A stretch of DNA of 64,000 bases, taken from contig PCAP01000060.1 of NCBI GenBank assembly GCA_002731215.1, positions 97 through 64,096 on the forward strand. Direction: 5' to 3'. The stretch is from Acidobacteriota bacterium. Its GTDB lineage: Bacteria > Acidobacteriota > UBA890. Shown here one piece after another: positions 38,901 through 49,654 of this stretch. Within the stretch, counting starts at the first letter, position 1. Every line of letters begins with the position of its first letter. The notes under the pieces were generated by a model. The model did not search any database and was not told where the DNA came from. It saw nothing but the letters and a program-made list of their open reading frames with translations. The translations under genes and the position numbers were made by a program.

Positions 38901-39253
38901 TGTTGATTACTACTTCCGTTGCAGATGGAAGTGGGTCCTTTGTGCCCAATCTGGCAATTTCACCAAGGCACATATCGACTCGTACGGGCATCTGGCATCT
39001 CCACTTCAGGCAAAACGGCTCCTTGAAACTCATTGTGCCGCTATCGGTAGGACGTGCGCTTAGCACGAAATTCCTACCAGACAGTCTGTGAACCACGGTC
39101 TCGCCCTCCAATGCCTAAGCCTCGAAAGCCCGAAGGCAGAAGCGTTTGTGAACTCGGCCATCGAGTTCCTTCCGTGCAGCACAATATTAGGGCCCAGGAC
39201 GCTGCTGAACGGAGTCGGGCCTATGCTCCGACTGGACTACCAGGAGCGACACC

Positions 39254-40159
39254 GTGGAACCTGAAGAAGTTTCTGACTTGTTCGATCCGAAGCGATGGGT
39301 GCCTGTCGAAGGATTTGACTCGGGTGATGTGACGTATCACCGATGTATCGACCAGGGCACAGTGCGGATCGCATTTAACCGGCCAGAAGTGCGCAATGCC
39401 TTTCGGCCTTCGACCGTTGATGAGCTATACAGGGTTCTTGATCACGCTCGGATGTGGACCGATGTCGGTACGGTTCTTCTCACCGGCAATGGCCCCTCCC
39501 CCAGCGATGGAGGCTGGGCATTCTGTTCTGGTGGTGACCAGCGGATTCGTGGATCCGACGGCTACAGGTACTCCGATGAGGATGGCGCATTTGACGCGGG
39601 CCGCACTGGAAGACTTCACATTCTTGAGGTACAGCGGCTAATCCGCTTCATGCCGAAGGTGGTGATCGCTGTAGTTCCTGGTTGGGCTGTTGGCGGAGGT
39701 CACAGCATCCATGTGGTCTGCGACCTGACCCTTGCCAGTCGCCAACATGGTGCCTTCAAGCAGACCGATGCCGATGTGGCGAGCTTTGACGGTGGGTTCG
39801 GATCGGCATACCTCGCTCGTCAAATCGGGCAAAAGCGTGCTAGAGAAATCTTCTTTTTGGGTCGCACCTATTCCGCTGAAGAGGCGCAAGCTATGGGGAT
39901 GGTGAACGCTGTCGTGAACCATGACGATCTCGAGAATGTCGCCTTGGAATGGGCAGCCGAGGTGAACGCCAAAAGCCCTACCGCTCAACGGATGCTCAAG
40001 TTCTCCTTCAACCTTATTGACGATGGCCTGGTGGGACAGCAGGTCTTTGCCGGAGAGGCAACGAGACTTGCCTACGGAACTGATGAGGCTGCTGAGGGGC
40101 GTGATGCGTTCTTAGAAAAGCGGCCTCAGGACTACTCGGAGTACCCCTATCACTTCTGA
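39254..40159 (+). CDS. menB: 1,4-dihydroxy-2-naphthoyl-CoA synthase
   Basis: Crotonase fold with MenB-specific GNGPSPSDGGWAFCSGGDQ and a C-terminal Tyr-rich tail. Confidence 0.75.
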   Translation: MEPEEVSDLFDPKRWVPVEGFDSGDVTYHRCIDQGTVRIAFNRPEVRNAFRPSTVDELYRVLDHARMWTDVGTVLLTGNGPSPSDGGWAFCSGGDQRIRGSDGYRYSDEDGAFDAGRTGRLHILEVQRLIRFMPKVVIAVVPGWAVGGGHSIHVVCDLTLASRQHGAFKQTDADVASFDGGFGSAYLARQIGQKRAREIFFLGRTYSAEEAQAMGMVNAVVNHDDLENVALEWAAEVNAKSPTAQRMLKFSFNLIDDGLVGQQVFAGEATRLAYGTDEAAEGRDAFLEKRPQDYSEYPYHF

Positions 40160-40189
40160 TTGCTGCCTCAAACAGCTGAGAAGTACCAC

Positions 40190-40828
40190 TTACCCACTAC
40201 GCATCTCCTCAACCACCGAATCGGCCCGTTCGACGCAGCGAACGAGCGCTGCTCTGACAAGCTCGGTGGCCTCACGGGGTTCAGCGGCATGGATGACACC
40301 AAGCACCTCGCTACGCAAGGCGAGGGGGTAACGGTTCCAGGGCCTGATTCGCGGTGTTTTTGAACTACGAGGCCAAAATGCCTCCGTCCCACTAGCCCCA
40401 TTTGCTATGAGTGGCAGACCCGTGCTGACCGCGAGCCACCCAACCCCTTGGTGGGTCCGACCCACACCATCTTCTCTCCACTCCTCGACTGGAACGACCC
40501 TGCCTTCCGGCATGATGGCTACTGGCCAGCCCGCTTCCAGTTCGACTGTTGCCAGGTCTAGCGCCTCGACACCATCAACAGGTATGCATCCAAGGCGATG
40601 CAGCAATGGCCCTATGACGGGCATTTGAAAATATGCAGCCGCAACCAGAGGTCGGATCGGCCTTTCCCAGGAATGGAAGGTAACCGAAGCAAGTAGCAGG
40701 TCGGCCAGACTCCGGTGGTTAGCTGCATAAATGGCAGGCCCTGGGCCAATTTCTGGAGGAGGGCCAATATTCGCCCTGGTAAGCACGCCCATTACTCTGC
40801 TAACCGTCCGCATGGTCGACATGATCAT
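40190..40828 (-). CDS. lysophospholipid acyltransferase (PlsC family)
   Basis: H-x4-D motif (NHRSLAD) and PEG motif (MPEGR). The start was trimmed to an internal Met to avoid a 95-nt same-strand overlap. Confidence 0.65.
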   Translation of the reverse strand: MIMSTMRTVSRVMGVLTRANIGPPPEIGPGPAIYAANHRSLADLLLASVTFHSWERPIRPLVAAAYFQMPVIGPLLHRLGCIPVDGVEALDLATVELEAGWPVAIMPEGRVVPVEEWREDGVGRTHQGVGWLAVSTGLPLIANGASGTEAFWPRSSKTPRIRPWNRYPLALRSEVLGVIHAAEPREATELVRAALVRCVERADSVVEEMRSG

Positions 40829-40874
40829 CGCTTGTTCGTCCGGATCAGGTAGGGGTGTTGTCGACACCATGCCC

Positions 40875-41930
40875 TCAGTCGCCCTTCGTCCTGCGACAAC
40901 CCAGGGACGTGTCATGACCCTGCCGGCGCGCACGGACTGCCCATACGCAAATGTGTAATGCCTTATCAACAGTTACGTTGGGTACTTGGAAATGGAAGCG
41001 ATGTTCCTCGCTTGTTTTGGCGACGATTGATGGCTCCTGTCCGGTCACTGTCACGCGAATGGGCAAACCACCGTCTGGCAGGTCTGCATCGAACGCCCAG
41101 CCTTCCACCGAAGCTTCCTGGTTGACAATTTCATACTTGTCGATCAGACCCACAGGTGGATCACCAGGTGTGAGGTACGCCATTCTGGAGAACTCAGAAT
41201 CTTCGTTTCTGCATCCCGGCAGGGCCTCAAAGATCCATCCTTGCGCGGAATAGTTGGCAAGTACTCGTTCAGCAATATGAAGCGTCAACCATTTGCGGTC
41301 ATGCAGCAACACGACCATGCCGTCACGCTCACGCTTCTTCAAATAGGCGAGTACGTCTTCGATGGGAGGGTCACGCCACTCTTGCGGATCGGCGGTCCAG
41401 CCAGCAAGAGTCATCCCCAACTCCGGGCCCAGTTGGCCCAAGATCGTTCCCACTTCGCCGTAGGGGGCACGAAAGCAACTAGGCCTATAGCCCATCAACT
41501 TTTCAAGGCCGGAAGAGGCCCGAGCCACTTCTGCTAAAGCCTGCTCGCCTTTCAGCCTGGAGAGATCGCTATGCCTCCAGGTGTGATTGCCGATCGTGTG
41601 GCCACTACTTAGGAGTGCCTGGGTGATTTCTGGATCCCAGCGCGCTGCTATCGCCTCACCGGTTGGAAAAAATGATGCGCGTGCTCCAAAACGGTCAAGA
41701 AGATCAAGCAGCATCGGAGTGAACAACCAGTGTGGTCCGTCGTCGAAACTCAGGTACATAACTGGTGAGGCTTCGGTGTAGCTCACACGGACTTCCTCGG
41801 ATCCACCTGCTGACTCTCTTGAAATCGCAGGAAGAAGTGCGCCTGTAAGAGCTACTAAGAGTAGAGCAAGTCGGCTGCGACGGCCCTTTGGCCGTTGCTC
41901 AGGTGGTGCCGTAGATCCGGTCACCGGCAT
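40875..41930 (-). CDS. secreted polysaccharide deacetylase (NodB/CE4)
   Basis: Signal peptide. NodB motif 1 LSFDDGP and H-x-x-x-H motif (HTWRH). Confidence 0.75.
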   Translation of the reverse strand: MPVTGSTAPPEQRPKGRRSRLALLLVALTGALLPAISRESAGGSEEVRVSYTEASPVMYLSFDDGPHWLFTPMLLDLLDRFGARASFFPTGEAIAARWDPEITQALLSSGHTIGNHTWRHSDLSRLKGEQALAEVARASSGLEKLMGYRPSCFRAPYGEVGTILGQLGPELGMTLAGWTADPQEWRDPPIEDVLAYLKKRERDGMVVLLHDRKWLTLHIAERVLANYSAQGWIFEALPGCRNEDSEFSRMAYLTPGDPPVGLIDKYEIVNQEASVEGWAFDADLPDGGLPIRVTVTGQEPSIVAKTSEEHRFHFQVPNVTVDKALHICVWAVRARRQGHDTSLGCRRTKGD

Positions 41931-42549
41931 CGCCCAGGCCCGGCATGATGTAGCCGACCTCGTTTAGACACTCGTCCACAGCACCAGTCCATATGTCAAC
42001 ATCTGGATGGGCCGCATGGAGCGCTGCCACTCCCTCGGGTGCAGCTAGGAGGCATAGGAAGCGAATTGCCCCAGGTCCATCTGCTTTGACACGATCAAGT
42101 GCCGCAGTAGCAGAATTGCCGGTAGCGAGCATCGGATCTACGACAATCACAGCTCTGCCGTCCATCGGTGGAAACTTGCAGTAGTACTCGACTGCCTCAA
42201 GCGTGTCATGGTCCCTGTAGAGACCTACAAAACCGACCCTCGCTCCTGGAATGACCCTCAGCACACCATCCAATAGGCCGTTACCTGCACGCAATATCGA
42301 CACTACAACCGGGTCGTCAACCAGTTCAGGAGCTGACATCGTTGTCAGTGGAGTACGGATCTCAACCGGATGCAATGCCAACTCCCTGGTTATCTCGTAG
42401 GTGAGCAGGAGGCTCGTCTCAGTAAGAAGTTGACGAAAGCGCTCACTTGGCGTTTCCTCCCTTCGCATCTGAGTCAACTTGTGCTGGACCAGTGGGTGAT
42501 CGACGACGTGCAGGCGAGGTGTAGGCGTTATTTCTGTCTCCTCTTTCAT
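41899..42549 (-). CDS. upp: uracil phosphoribosyltransferase
   Basis: PRPP-binding motif [12 protein letters not shown] and C-terminal [12 protein letters not shown]. Confidence 0.85.
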   Translation of the reverse strand: MKEETEITPTPRLHVVDHPLVQHKLTQMRREETPSERFRQLLTETSLLLTYEITRELALHPVEIRTPLTTMSAPELVDDPVVVSILRAGNGLLDGVLRVIPGARVGFVGLYRDHDTLEAVEYYCKFPPMDGRAVIVVDPMLATGNSATAALDRVKADGPGAIRFLCLLAAPEGVAALHAAHPDVDIWTGAVDECLNEVGYIMPGLGDAGDRIYGTT

Positions 42550-42700
42550 AGTTCAACCATATTCCGAAATTCTTCTACTCCTTTACGCGCGATTCAGGAT
42601 CTGAAGCCCCTAGTCTCCTCGCGACCTACAAGTAGATGGAAGTTTGGTCATCACCTGCACCGCTTGGGTGTCTTGCGAAGCTTTCAGACAGGAACTGGGA

Positions 42701-43990
42701 ATGTCACGCCACGGATATAGGTACTCGGCAGGCAGCTTGATCCGACATGGCCTCACCCGCGGCGAGTGGCCACGCATGTGGAGTAAGCCAGAGCGCCGGA
42801 GCACTTATGACGTAGTCATCGTTGGTGGCGGGTTACATGGTCTTGCCACCGCCTATTACCTAGCAAAGAACCACGGTATGACAAATGTTGCTGTGGTCGA
42901 TAAGGGCTACTTGGGCGCTGGTGGCTCTGGGCGAAATACGGCGATAGTTCGATCCAATTACCTGACCCCAGAGGGAGTGGCGTTTTACGACCGCTCGCTT
43001 CACCTCTACAACAACATGGCAACCGACCTAAACCTCAATGTCATGCTGTCAAAGCGAGGGCACCTAACCCTCGCCCACACGGACTCGGCACTTCGAACTA
43101 TGAATTGGCGGGCCGAGGTCAACAAGCTGCTCGATATCGATTCGAGTGTCATCGGCCCGAAGGAAGTCAAGCGCCTAACGCCCAGTCTTGACGTGTCGCC
43201 TGACACTAGATACCCGATTCTTGGCGCCCTCTACCATCCACCCGGTGGCATTGTCAGACACGATGCTGTCGTCTGGGGATACGCAAGGGCAGCCGCCTAC
43301 CTAGGCGTACACCTACTGCAGGGGACAGAAGTTCTGGACATCACCTGCACGGGTGGTGATGGACCTCAAGGCAAAGGTCCTGGCGGAAGGGTGACTGGCA
43401 TTCATACCAGTCGTGGAGATATCAATTCCCCAGTCGTCGTCAACTGCACCGCAGGTTGGGCATCTCTTATCTCAAACATGGCAGGCATACCACTAGCAAT
43501 CACCACTCACCCTCTCCAAGCAGCGGTGACTGAACCCTGCAAGGTCTTCCTTCCGACAGTCGTAGTATCCGGGTCACTTCACGTGTACGTCAGCCAGACT
43601 GACCGCGGTGAACTGGTGTTTGGCGCATCAGTCGATCCTGTCGGCACATATCGACTCAACGGCACTCTTGAGTTCACCGAGGAGTTGGCCGGCCACGTCT
43701 TGGAGTTGATGCCGGGAATCTCCAAGATGCGCCTCATGCGCCAGTGGTCCGGCCTCTGCGATATGACCCCCGACTACTCCCCTATCATGGGCTTCACACC
43801 TGTAGAGGGTTACTTCGTAGACGTTGGTTGGGGAACATACGGCTTCAAGGCCGGACCGGTAGCCGGAGAAACCATGGCGGAGACGATTGCCAACGGCTGT
43901 ACAGCCGAACTGATCGCTCCGTTCTCAATCGATCGTTTCACCGACGGAGATCTCGTCGGTGAAAAAGGCGCAGCAGCAGTGGGCCACTGA
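42701..43990 (+). CDS. soxB: sarcosine oxidase subunit beta
   Basis: FAD Rossmann motif DVVIVGGGLHGLATAY, covalent-flavin His region, and N-terminus MSRHGYRYSAGSLIRHGL typical of SoxB. Followed by soxDAG. Confidence 0.85.
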   Translation: MSRHGYRYSAGSLIRHGLTRGEWPRMWSKPERRSTYDVVIVGGGLHGLATAYYLAKNHGMTNVAVVDKGYLGAGGSGRNTAIVRSNYLTPEGVAFYDRSLHLYNNMATDLNLNVMLSKRGHLTLAHTDSALRTMNWRAEVNKLLDIDSSVIGPKEVKRLTPSLDVSPDTRYPILGALYHPPGGIVRHDAVVWGYARAAAYLGVHLLQGTEVLDITCTGGDGPQGKGPGGRVTGIHTSRGDINSPVVVNCTAGWASLISNMAGIPLAITTHPLQAAVTEPCKVFLPTVVVSGSLHVYVSQTDRGELVFGASVDPVGTYRLNGTLEFTEELAGHVLELMPGISKMRLMRQWSGLCDMTPDYSPIMGFTPVEGYFVDVGWGTYGFKAGPVAGETMAETIANGCTAELIAPFSIDRFTDGDLVGEKGAAAVGH

Positions 43991-44238
43991 TGATTGTTGT
44001 ACCTTGCCCTAGCTGCGGCCCACGCAACTCGTCAGATTTGCGTAATGCTGGCGAAGTCGTACCTCGGCCCGACCCTGATACAGCCACCCTCACCGAATGG
44101 CGCTCCTACCTGTACCTTCGAGAGAATCCGGCTAGTTGGGTGACCGAGACCTGGTACTGCCGCAATGGATGTCGTCGATATTTCACCATTGAGCGAAATA
44201 CTGCAACCAACGAGATTCGGGAATCAGACACCACATGA
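43990..44238 (+). CDS. soxD: sarcosine oxidase subunit delta
   Basis: 82 aa with CPSCG...CRNGC zinc-ribbon-like Cys pairs. Positioned between soxB and soxA. Confidence 0.8.
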   Translation: MIVVPCPSCGPRNSSDLRNAGEVVPRPDPDTATLTEWRSYLYLRENPASWVTETWYCRNGCRRYFTIERNTATNEIRESDTT

Positions 44239-47093
44239 GCAGCCACCGCATCCTGTCCCGGCCCGGTGAACTGATAGACCGTTCTACGCGTCTCTCATTT
44301 ACGTGGAATGGTCGGCCCTACACGGGCTACAAGGGGGACACGATTGCCTCTGCACTAGCTGCTGAAGGTGTTGGGGTGTTTTCGAGAGGGCTGAAGTATC
44401 ACAGACGTCGAGGTATCCTCACCGCCGACCATTGGGATCCGAACCTTGCTGTACAAGTTGGTGACGAGCCGAACGTACGAGCTGGAAGCCGCCGCCTAGT
44501 CGAAGGCATGCAGGTCACGGCCCAAAATGTGTGGCCATGCCTTCGATTCGATATTGGGACAGCAACTCGACTGGTGGGTCGGTTCCTTTCGGCCGGCTTC
44601 TACTACAAGACTTTCATGCGGCCGCGGTTCCTTTGGAACCACGTTTACCAGCGCGTCCTCCGAAAGTTCGCGCCCGGCGGGCAGGTCCACTGGCAGACGA
44701 AGTCTCACGACAACTACGACAAGCGTTACGCGCACCCCGACGTCTTAGTTGCTGGGGGTGGACCCGCTGGAATCGCTGCTGCCCTGGCTGCTGCAAAAGC
44801 CGGTGCCTCAGTAATGCTTGTAGAACAGGAACCCGAACTCGGAGGGCACCTCCGGTGGGGTGGGCCTGACGATCTTTCTGTGCTGGATGGACTGTTGGAG
44901 GCTGTTCAGTCCTGCTCCGGTATTGAAATCCTTTGCGATTCCGTTGTCACAGGTCGCTATGACCACAACTGGGTCGCGATCATGCAGCGGAGCCATCCAG
45001 TGGCTCTCGAACGCCTCATTAAGGCCCGCGTAGGCTCACTTGTTGTCGCTCCAGGCCTTATTGAGCGACCATACGTGTTCGCCGGCAACGACACTCCTGG
45101 TGTGATGCTTTCCGGCGCAGTGAAGCGCCTCATCAACCTTTGGGCTGTAAGTCCGGGTCATCGTGCAGTGGTGTTTAGCGCTAACCTTGAGGGTGATGCC
45201 GTTCTGGCAGACCTTGAGTCTGCTGGGGTAGAAGTCGTCGCGGTGCTGGATGCTCGTGCTGGCGACGACGTGGTCAGGGTCAAAGGGAAGGGTCGAGTGA
45301 AGACCATCCTTACCGGAGACGGCCAGACCCTTGAGGCCGACCTTCTGGTGACCGCAGTCGGCTGGACTTCCCCCACTTCCCTCTTGAATATGGCTGGTGA
45401 CCGGCCCGTTTATGACCAGGTGGCAGCGCGCTACTTTCCCCAGTCCCTTCCCGACAATGTCCTTGCGACAGGTGGCATTACTGGTGATGGCTCGATCACC
45501 GAACTGGTAGCACACGGTCGTGAGACAGGTACCTTGGCCGCCAGTCGTGCAATGCGGATTCGACATGATCGAATGTCTGCAACTGCACGCTCGCCTAAGC
45601 CATCTTTTGATCGGCCTGCTGCAGTTTCTGACGAACGGGTCCCCTTGAGGCGCGTACCCCACCCGGAGTGCTACCAGAGTTCAACCCATGGTCTCGTGGA
45701 CTTCTCGGAAGACATTTCATCCAAGGACCTGATCCAAGCAGCCGCGGAGGGCTTTGATTCGATTGAGTTGATGAAGCGCTACACCACGGTCACCATGGGG
45801 CCGTCACAGGGCAAATTGGAGACTGTCAATGCTGCGGCTGTTCTAGCCGAGGCCCGCCAGACCGCGATAGTGGATGTGGGAACGACTGTGTGGCGACCTC
45901 CCTTCGCTCCTGTCTCTTTGGGGGCCCTTGCGGGTCAGAGTTTTGAACCAACCCGCCGATCCGCCATACAGAACTGGCATGAGGCAAATGGTGCAACCAA
46001 CATGTTGGCTGGCCAATGGGTTCGTCCCGATCACTATGGCAACCCTATGGCCGAAGTTGCCAATGTTCGAAACAACGTCGGATTGATCGATGTCACCCCC
46101 CTCGGCAAACTGGATCTTCGTGGACCAGATGTCTCGCGACTACTTGATTTGGTCTATGTCAACAAGTGGCAAAACCTTGAAATCGGCCGTGTTCGCTATG
46201 GGGTCATGGTCGCTGAGGATGGCGTCGTTTCAGACGATGGTGTTACTGGGAGGCTCGCTGAAGAACACTACTTAATGACGACCACCTCTTCAGGCGCTGG
46301 GGCGGTATGGGAGATGCTGGAGGACTGGCTTCAGACGTACCGGCCTGAATGGGAGGTCCACGTGACACCCGTTACTGGTGGGCTAACAAGCATCAACGTT
46401 GCAGGCCCCAGGTCGCGTGAACTTCTCAAGCGGCTTGTCGATGATGTCGATCTGTCCGCCACTGCGTTTCCTTACTTCAGCGTTCGTAAGGGGTCGGTTG
46501 CTGGAGTTCAGGATTGCATTATCTGGCGAATTGGGTTTACCGGAGAGTTGTCCTATGAGATTCATGCACATTCGGGCTACGCACTACATATCTGGGAAGC
46601 CCTCCTAGGAGCGGGTTCAGACCTTGGAGTGGCTCCTTTCGGGGTCGAGGCCCAACGCATCCTGCGCCTTGAAAAAGGGCACTACATAGTTGGACAGGAC
46701 ACCGATGGCCTCAGCAAGGCACCGACGGCAAGCCTGGGTGGACTGGTGAAGTTGGACAAACTCGACACCATTGGACTACCAGAACTTCGCGCTGCCTTCC
46801 AGCGAAGCGATCTACCGGTGCTCGTCGGCCTCCAAACCGAAGATCCCAGCATTGTTCCCGAAGAGGCTTGTCAGATTGTCAGTAGCGATGGCAACGAGAT
46901 TCTTGGACGGATCACATCGAGCCGAATGTCTCCCACCCTGGGACGGTCTGTTTGTCTCGCACAGGTGTATTCCTCACTCGCTGCTGCCGGAACGTTGCTA
47001 ACAGTGAAGTTGGTCGATGGCAGGCGAGTCAAAGCCACTGTTCAAGAACAGCATGCCCACGTAGATCCTGAAGGCGAGCGTCAACGTGTCTGA
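44235..47093 (+). CDS. soxA: sarcosine oxidase subunit alpha
   Basis: 952 aa with an NAD/FAD Rossmann motif (VLVAGGGPAGIAAAL) and a C-terminal GcvT-like aminomethyltransferase domain. Confidence 0.85.
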   Translation: MSSHRILSRPGELIDRSTRLSFTWNGRPYTGYKGDTIASALAAEGVGVFSRGLKYHRRRGILTADHWDPNLAVQVGDEPNVRAGSRRLVEGMQVTAQNVWPCLRFDIGTATRLVGRFLSAGFYYKTFMRPRFLWNHVYQRVLRKFAPGGQVHWQTKSHDNYDKRYAHPDVLVAGGGPAGIAAALAAAKAGASVMLVEQEPELGGHLRWGGPDDLSVLDGLLEAVQSCSGIEILCDSVVTGRYDHNWVAIMQRSHPVALERLIKARVGSLVVAPGLIERPYVFAGNDTPGVMLSGAVKRLINLWAVSPGHRAVVFSANLEGDAVLADLESAGVEVVAVLDARAGDDVVRVKGKGRVKTILTGDGQTLEADLLVTAVGWTSPTSLLNMAGDRPVYDQVAARYFPQSLPDNVLATGGITGDGSITELVAHGRETGTLAASRAMRIRHDRMSATARSPKPSFDRPAAVSDERVPLRRVPHPECYQSSTHGLVDFSEDISSKDLIQAAAEGFDSIELMKRYTTVTMGPSQGKLETVNAAAVLAEARQTAIVDVGTTVWRPPFAPVSLGALAGQSFEPTRRSAIQNWHEANGATNMLAGQWVRPDHYGNPMAEVANVRNNVGLIDVTPLGKLDLRGPDVSRLLDLVYVNKWQNLEIGRVRYGVMVAEDGVVSDDGVTGRLAEEHYLMTTTSSGAGAVWEMLEDWLQTYRPEWEVHVTPVTGGLTSINVAGPRSRELLKRLVDDVDLSATAFPYFSVRKGSVAGVQDCIIWRIGFTGELSYEIHAHSGYALHIWEALLGAGSDLGVAPFGVEAQRILRLEKGHYIVGQDTDGLSKAPTASLGGLVKLDKLDTIGLPELRAAFQRSDLPVLVGLQTEDPSIVPEEACQIVSSDGNEILGRITSSRMSPTLGRSVCLAQVYSSLAAAGTLLTVKLVDGRRVKATVQEQHAHVDPEGERQRV

Positions 47094-47658
47094 CATCCAC
47101 TACAGAAGTGCTGTTGAGTTTCCATTCCTGTCAGCACCTGACGGCAGCATCTCTCTAGCAGACCACTCCGAGTACACCAAGGTCCTAGTCCGTGCTGACA
47201 GGAAAACCGCTGCTGGAAAGCACCTCAAGGTCTCTTATGGGCGGAGTCGTAGTAGGGATGGCATCCTCATTTGTGGCAGCCGGCCAGATGAGTGGACTCT
47301 CTTGTCAGAAGCACACCGGAGCACCGAGGTGGCCGAATCAGTGCCTAGAGATGGCTTCGTCAGTGTTGTCGACATCACACATGCCCGGACGATGTTTCGG
47401 ATCTCGGGCTCATGCGCTGTAGACGCCCTTGCAAAGGTCTGCAACGTGGACCTTGCCGACCACATGACACCCGATGGAGCTGTCTTTTCCGGTTCTATCG
47501 CGAAGGTAGGCTGTGACGTGGTTCGCAACGACCAAGAGGCAGGTCGTTCCTATCTGATCGCATGTGAGCGTTCTTTTGGTAAGTACTTGTTCGCCGTAGT
47601 GGCAGATGCCTGTGCCGAATTTGGAATTGCAATTCCGTCGGGCATGTCAACCCATTAG
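47086..47658 (+). CDS. soxG: sarcosine oxidase subunit gamma
   Basis: 190 aa. Position and size fit the gamma subunit. It overlaps the soxA stop. Confidence 0.7.
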   Translation: MSDIHYRSAVEFPFLSAPDGSISLADHSEYTKVLVRADRKTAAGKHLKVSYGRSRSRDGILICGSRPDEWTLLSEAHRSTEVAESVPRDGFVSVVDITHARTMFRISGSCAVDALAKVCNVDLADHMTPDGAVFSGSIAKVGCDVVRNDQEAGRSYLIACERSFGKYLFAVVADACAEFGIAIPSGMSTH

Positions 47659-47864
47659 TCCTGGTTGGGCTCGTTTGCCTGGTCAGAATTTGATTGCCAA
47701 GTGGGTCGCCCCGCGACTTGATTGAGCAGTGGATCAGTCCGGGAAAATTGGTGTGGTAAGCCGTTGCATTTCGCTGCGGCGGACCTAGATTGCGCGGAGT
47801 GGTCTCGCTGGAGTGCACCCCCGCACGCTCAGAAGCTTTTGTGACCAACCTAGAGGTGTGATCG

Positions 47865-48356
47865 ATGTCTCCAAGTCCTGAACCTGTCATGGTTTGGCAT
47901 ACCGTCGTACCTCAAGCCTGGATCGACTACAACGGCCATCTCACCGAAGGCTTTTACGGCGTGGCCTTCGGCGAAGCCACAGATGAGTTGCTAGTGCATC
48001 TCGGCTTCGGACAGGAGTACCGCGACCGATGTGGAACCTTCTACACCGTTGAGACCCATATCCGTTTCCTTCGGGAAGTCCGTCAGGGATCCACTATCGC
48101 AACGAAATCACGAGTGCTCGGAGTCGACAACAAGCGTCTTCACCTCCACCATGATCTTCTTGTCGATGAAGATCCGGTTCCAGTTGCCACGCAAGAGGTG
48201 ATGCTGTTACACGTGTCGCAGCCCGCAGATGGAGGGCCGCCGCGAACGTCATTAATTCACGAACCCATTCTCGGACAATCCCACACCATCGCTGAGGCCC
48301 ACGCCACAGTCGCCAGTCCCGATCATGTCGGTCGCGGAATCCAGAATCTCCGTTGA
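47865..48356 (+). CDS. hotdog-fold acyl-CoA thioesterase (YbgC/4HBT-like)
   Basis: WIDYNGHLTEGFY active-site region typical of 4HBT thioesterases. Confidence 0.7.
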   Translation: MSPSPEPVMVWHTVVPQAWIDYNGHLTEGFYGVAFGEATDELLVHLGFGQEYRDRCGTFYTVETHIRFLREVRQGSTIATKSRVLGVDNKRLHLHHDLLVDEDPVPVATQEVMLLHVSQPADGGPPRTSLIHEPILGQSHTIAEAHATVASPDHVGRGIQNLR

Positions 48357-49654
48357 ACCAGACACTTTCTGAAAGAACTGCGCCTTCGGCCCTTGTAGGC
48401 GTATGGGCCCTCTTCTTGGGTTTCGCCTTCCTCCAGGTTGGAAATGGTCTCCAACGAATTCTGTTACCGCTCCGCGCCGAGTCAGAAGGTTTCAGCGCAG
48501 GGTCCATGGGTGCGGTCATGGCCTTTCACTTTGCCGGCTATTTGGTAGGCGCTAAGGGAATCCCTCGGGCGCTCAGCTCCGTGGGCCACATCAGGGTGTA
48601 CGCAGCTCTGGCATCCCTAGCGTCGACAGCAGTACTGGTCAATGCTGTTCTTGTTCAACCTCTGACCTGGGGCCTTGTCTACTTCGTGGGCGGTGCTTGC
48701 AACGCAGGCGTGTATGTGGTCCTCGAGAGTTGGCTCAATGACCGTGCTACCAACGAAACCCGGGGGCGGATTCTCGGTCTATACATGATGATCTCGATGG
48801 CCGGAACTGCTGGAGGGCAGTTACTGGTCAATGTTGGACCGCCAGATGGCTTTCAGCTCTTTGTTCTTTCGTCGGTACTAATTTCATTTGCAGTCCTCCC
48901 GGTGACCCTCTCCGCAGCTACAACTGCACCGGCACCCAGCACCGAAACGATGCCGGTAAGGGAGCTATACAAGACCATCCCTTTGGCTGTGGTCGGGATC
49001 GTCCTCTGTTCTTTCGTCCAATCGGCATCGACCAGCATGGCAGCTGTATTTGGGACCACAGCGGGACTCAGTACACAACGCGTAGCCCTCTTCACCTCAG
49101 CTGCAGTGATTGGTGCCGTTTTGTTGCAGATGCCACTCGGCAACCTGTCGGACCGCTATCCACGACGAGCCGTGATTCTCTCAGTGGCTTCCATTGCTCT
49201 TGGCCTTGCAATTGTCGGAGCTATGACCCCAGTAAACAGTCTGCTTCTAGTACCCCTGAATTTGGCTTTCGGGGCATTTGTCTTTCCCATGTACGGACAG
49301 TTCGTAGCTCTTGCAAATGACTGGATTCCTCCAGAAAAGCGGGTTGCAGCAGCCTCGGCCCTGGTTTTGGTATCTAGTGCGGGGGCTGTGGCGGCCCCGA
49401 TTGTGCTCGGCATCGCGATCGAGCAGTTTGGTCCGATCGGGTACTTCATTTCGCTTGCTGTTGTGCTGGCGGTCCTAGTTTCCTACCTCGGGTACCGAAG
49501 TCAGGTTCGCGAGGCAGTCCCGCTAGACAAGCAGTCGACCTTTCAACCGGTACTTGCTCGATCAGGCGAGATCGCCCACTCTGTGGGTCGATGGGTCAGA
49601 CATCCCCTTGCTGAGTGGAATCGCAGTGTCCCCGACGGTGAAAACGACAGCTGA
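48353..49654 (+). CDS. MFS transporter
   Basis: 12 TM helices with MFS loop motifs. 4-nt overlap with the thioesterase gene. Confidence 0.75.
   Translation: MNQTLSERTAPSALVGVWALFLGFAFLQVGNGLQRILLPLRAESEGFSAGSMGAVMAFHFAGYLVGAKGIPRALSSVGHIRVYAALASLASTAVLVNAVLVQPLTWGLVYFVGGACNAGVYVVLESWLNDRATNETRGRILGLYMMISMAGTAGGQLLVNVGPPDGFQLFVLSSVLISFAVLPVTLSAATTAPAPSTETMPVRELYKTIPLAVVGIVLCSFVQSASTSMAAVFGTTAGLSTQRVALFTSAAVIGAVLLQMPLGNLSDRYPRRAVILSVASIALGLAIVGAMTPVNSLLLVPLNLAFGAFVFPMYGQFVALANDWIPPEKRVAAASALVLVSSAGAVAAPIVLGIAIEQFGPIGYFISLAVVLAVLVSYLGYRSQVREAVPLDKQSTFQPVLARSGEIAHSVGRWVRHPLAEWNRSVPDGENDS

Noticed and set aside
42644-42700. N-terminal 19-aa extension of the soxB ORF (MVITCTAWVSCEAFRQELG)
   Set aside because: Canonical SoxB begins at the MSRHGYRYSAGSL sequence. 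The extension is Cys/Trp-rich and non-conserved-looking, so an upstream start is unlikely.
47659-47864. 206-bp spacer after soxG examined for a riboswitch (glycine/THF) or tRNA
   Set aside because: I could not recognise conserved riboswitch cores or a tRNA cloverleaf (no GTTCGAATC-type T-arm) by eye. It is left uncalled.
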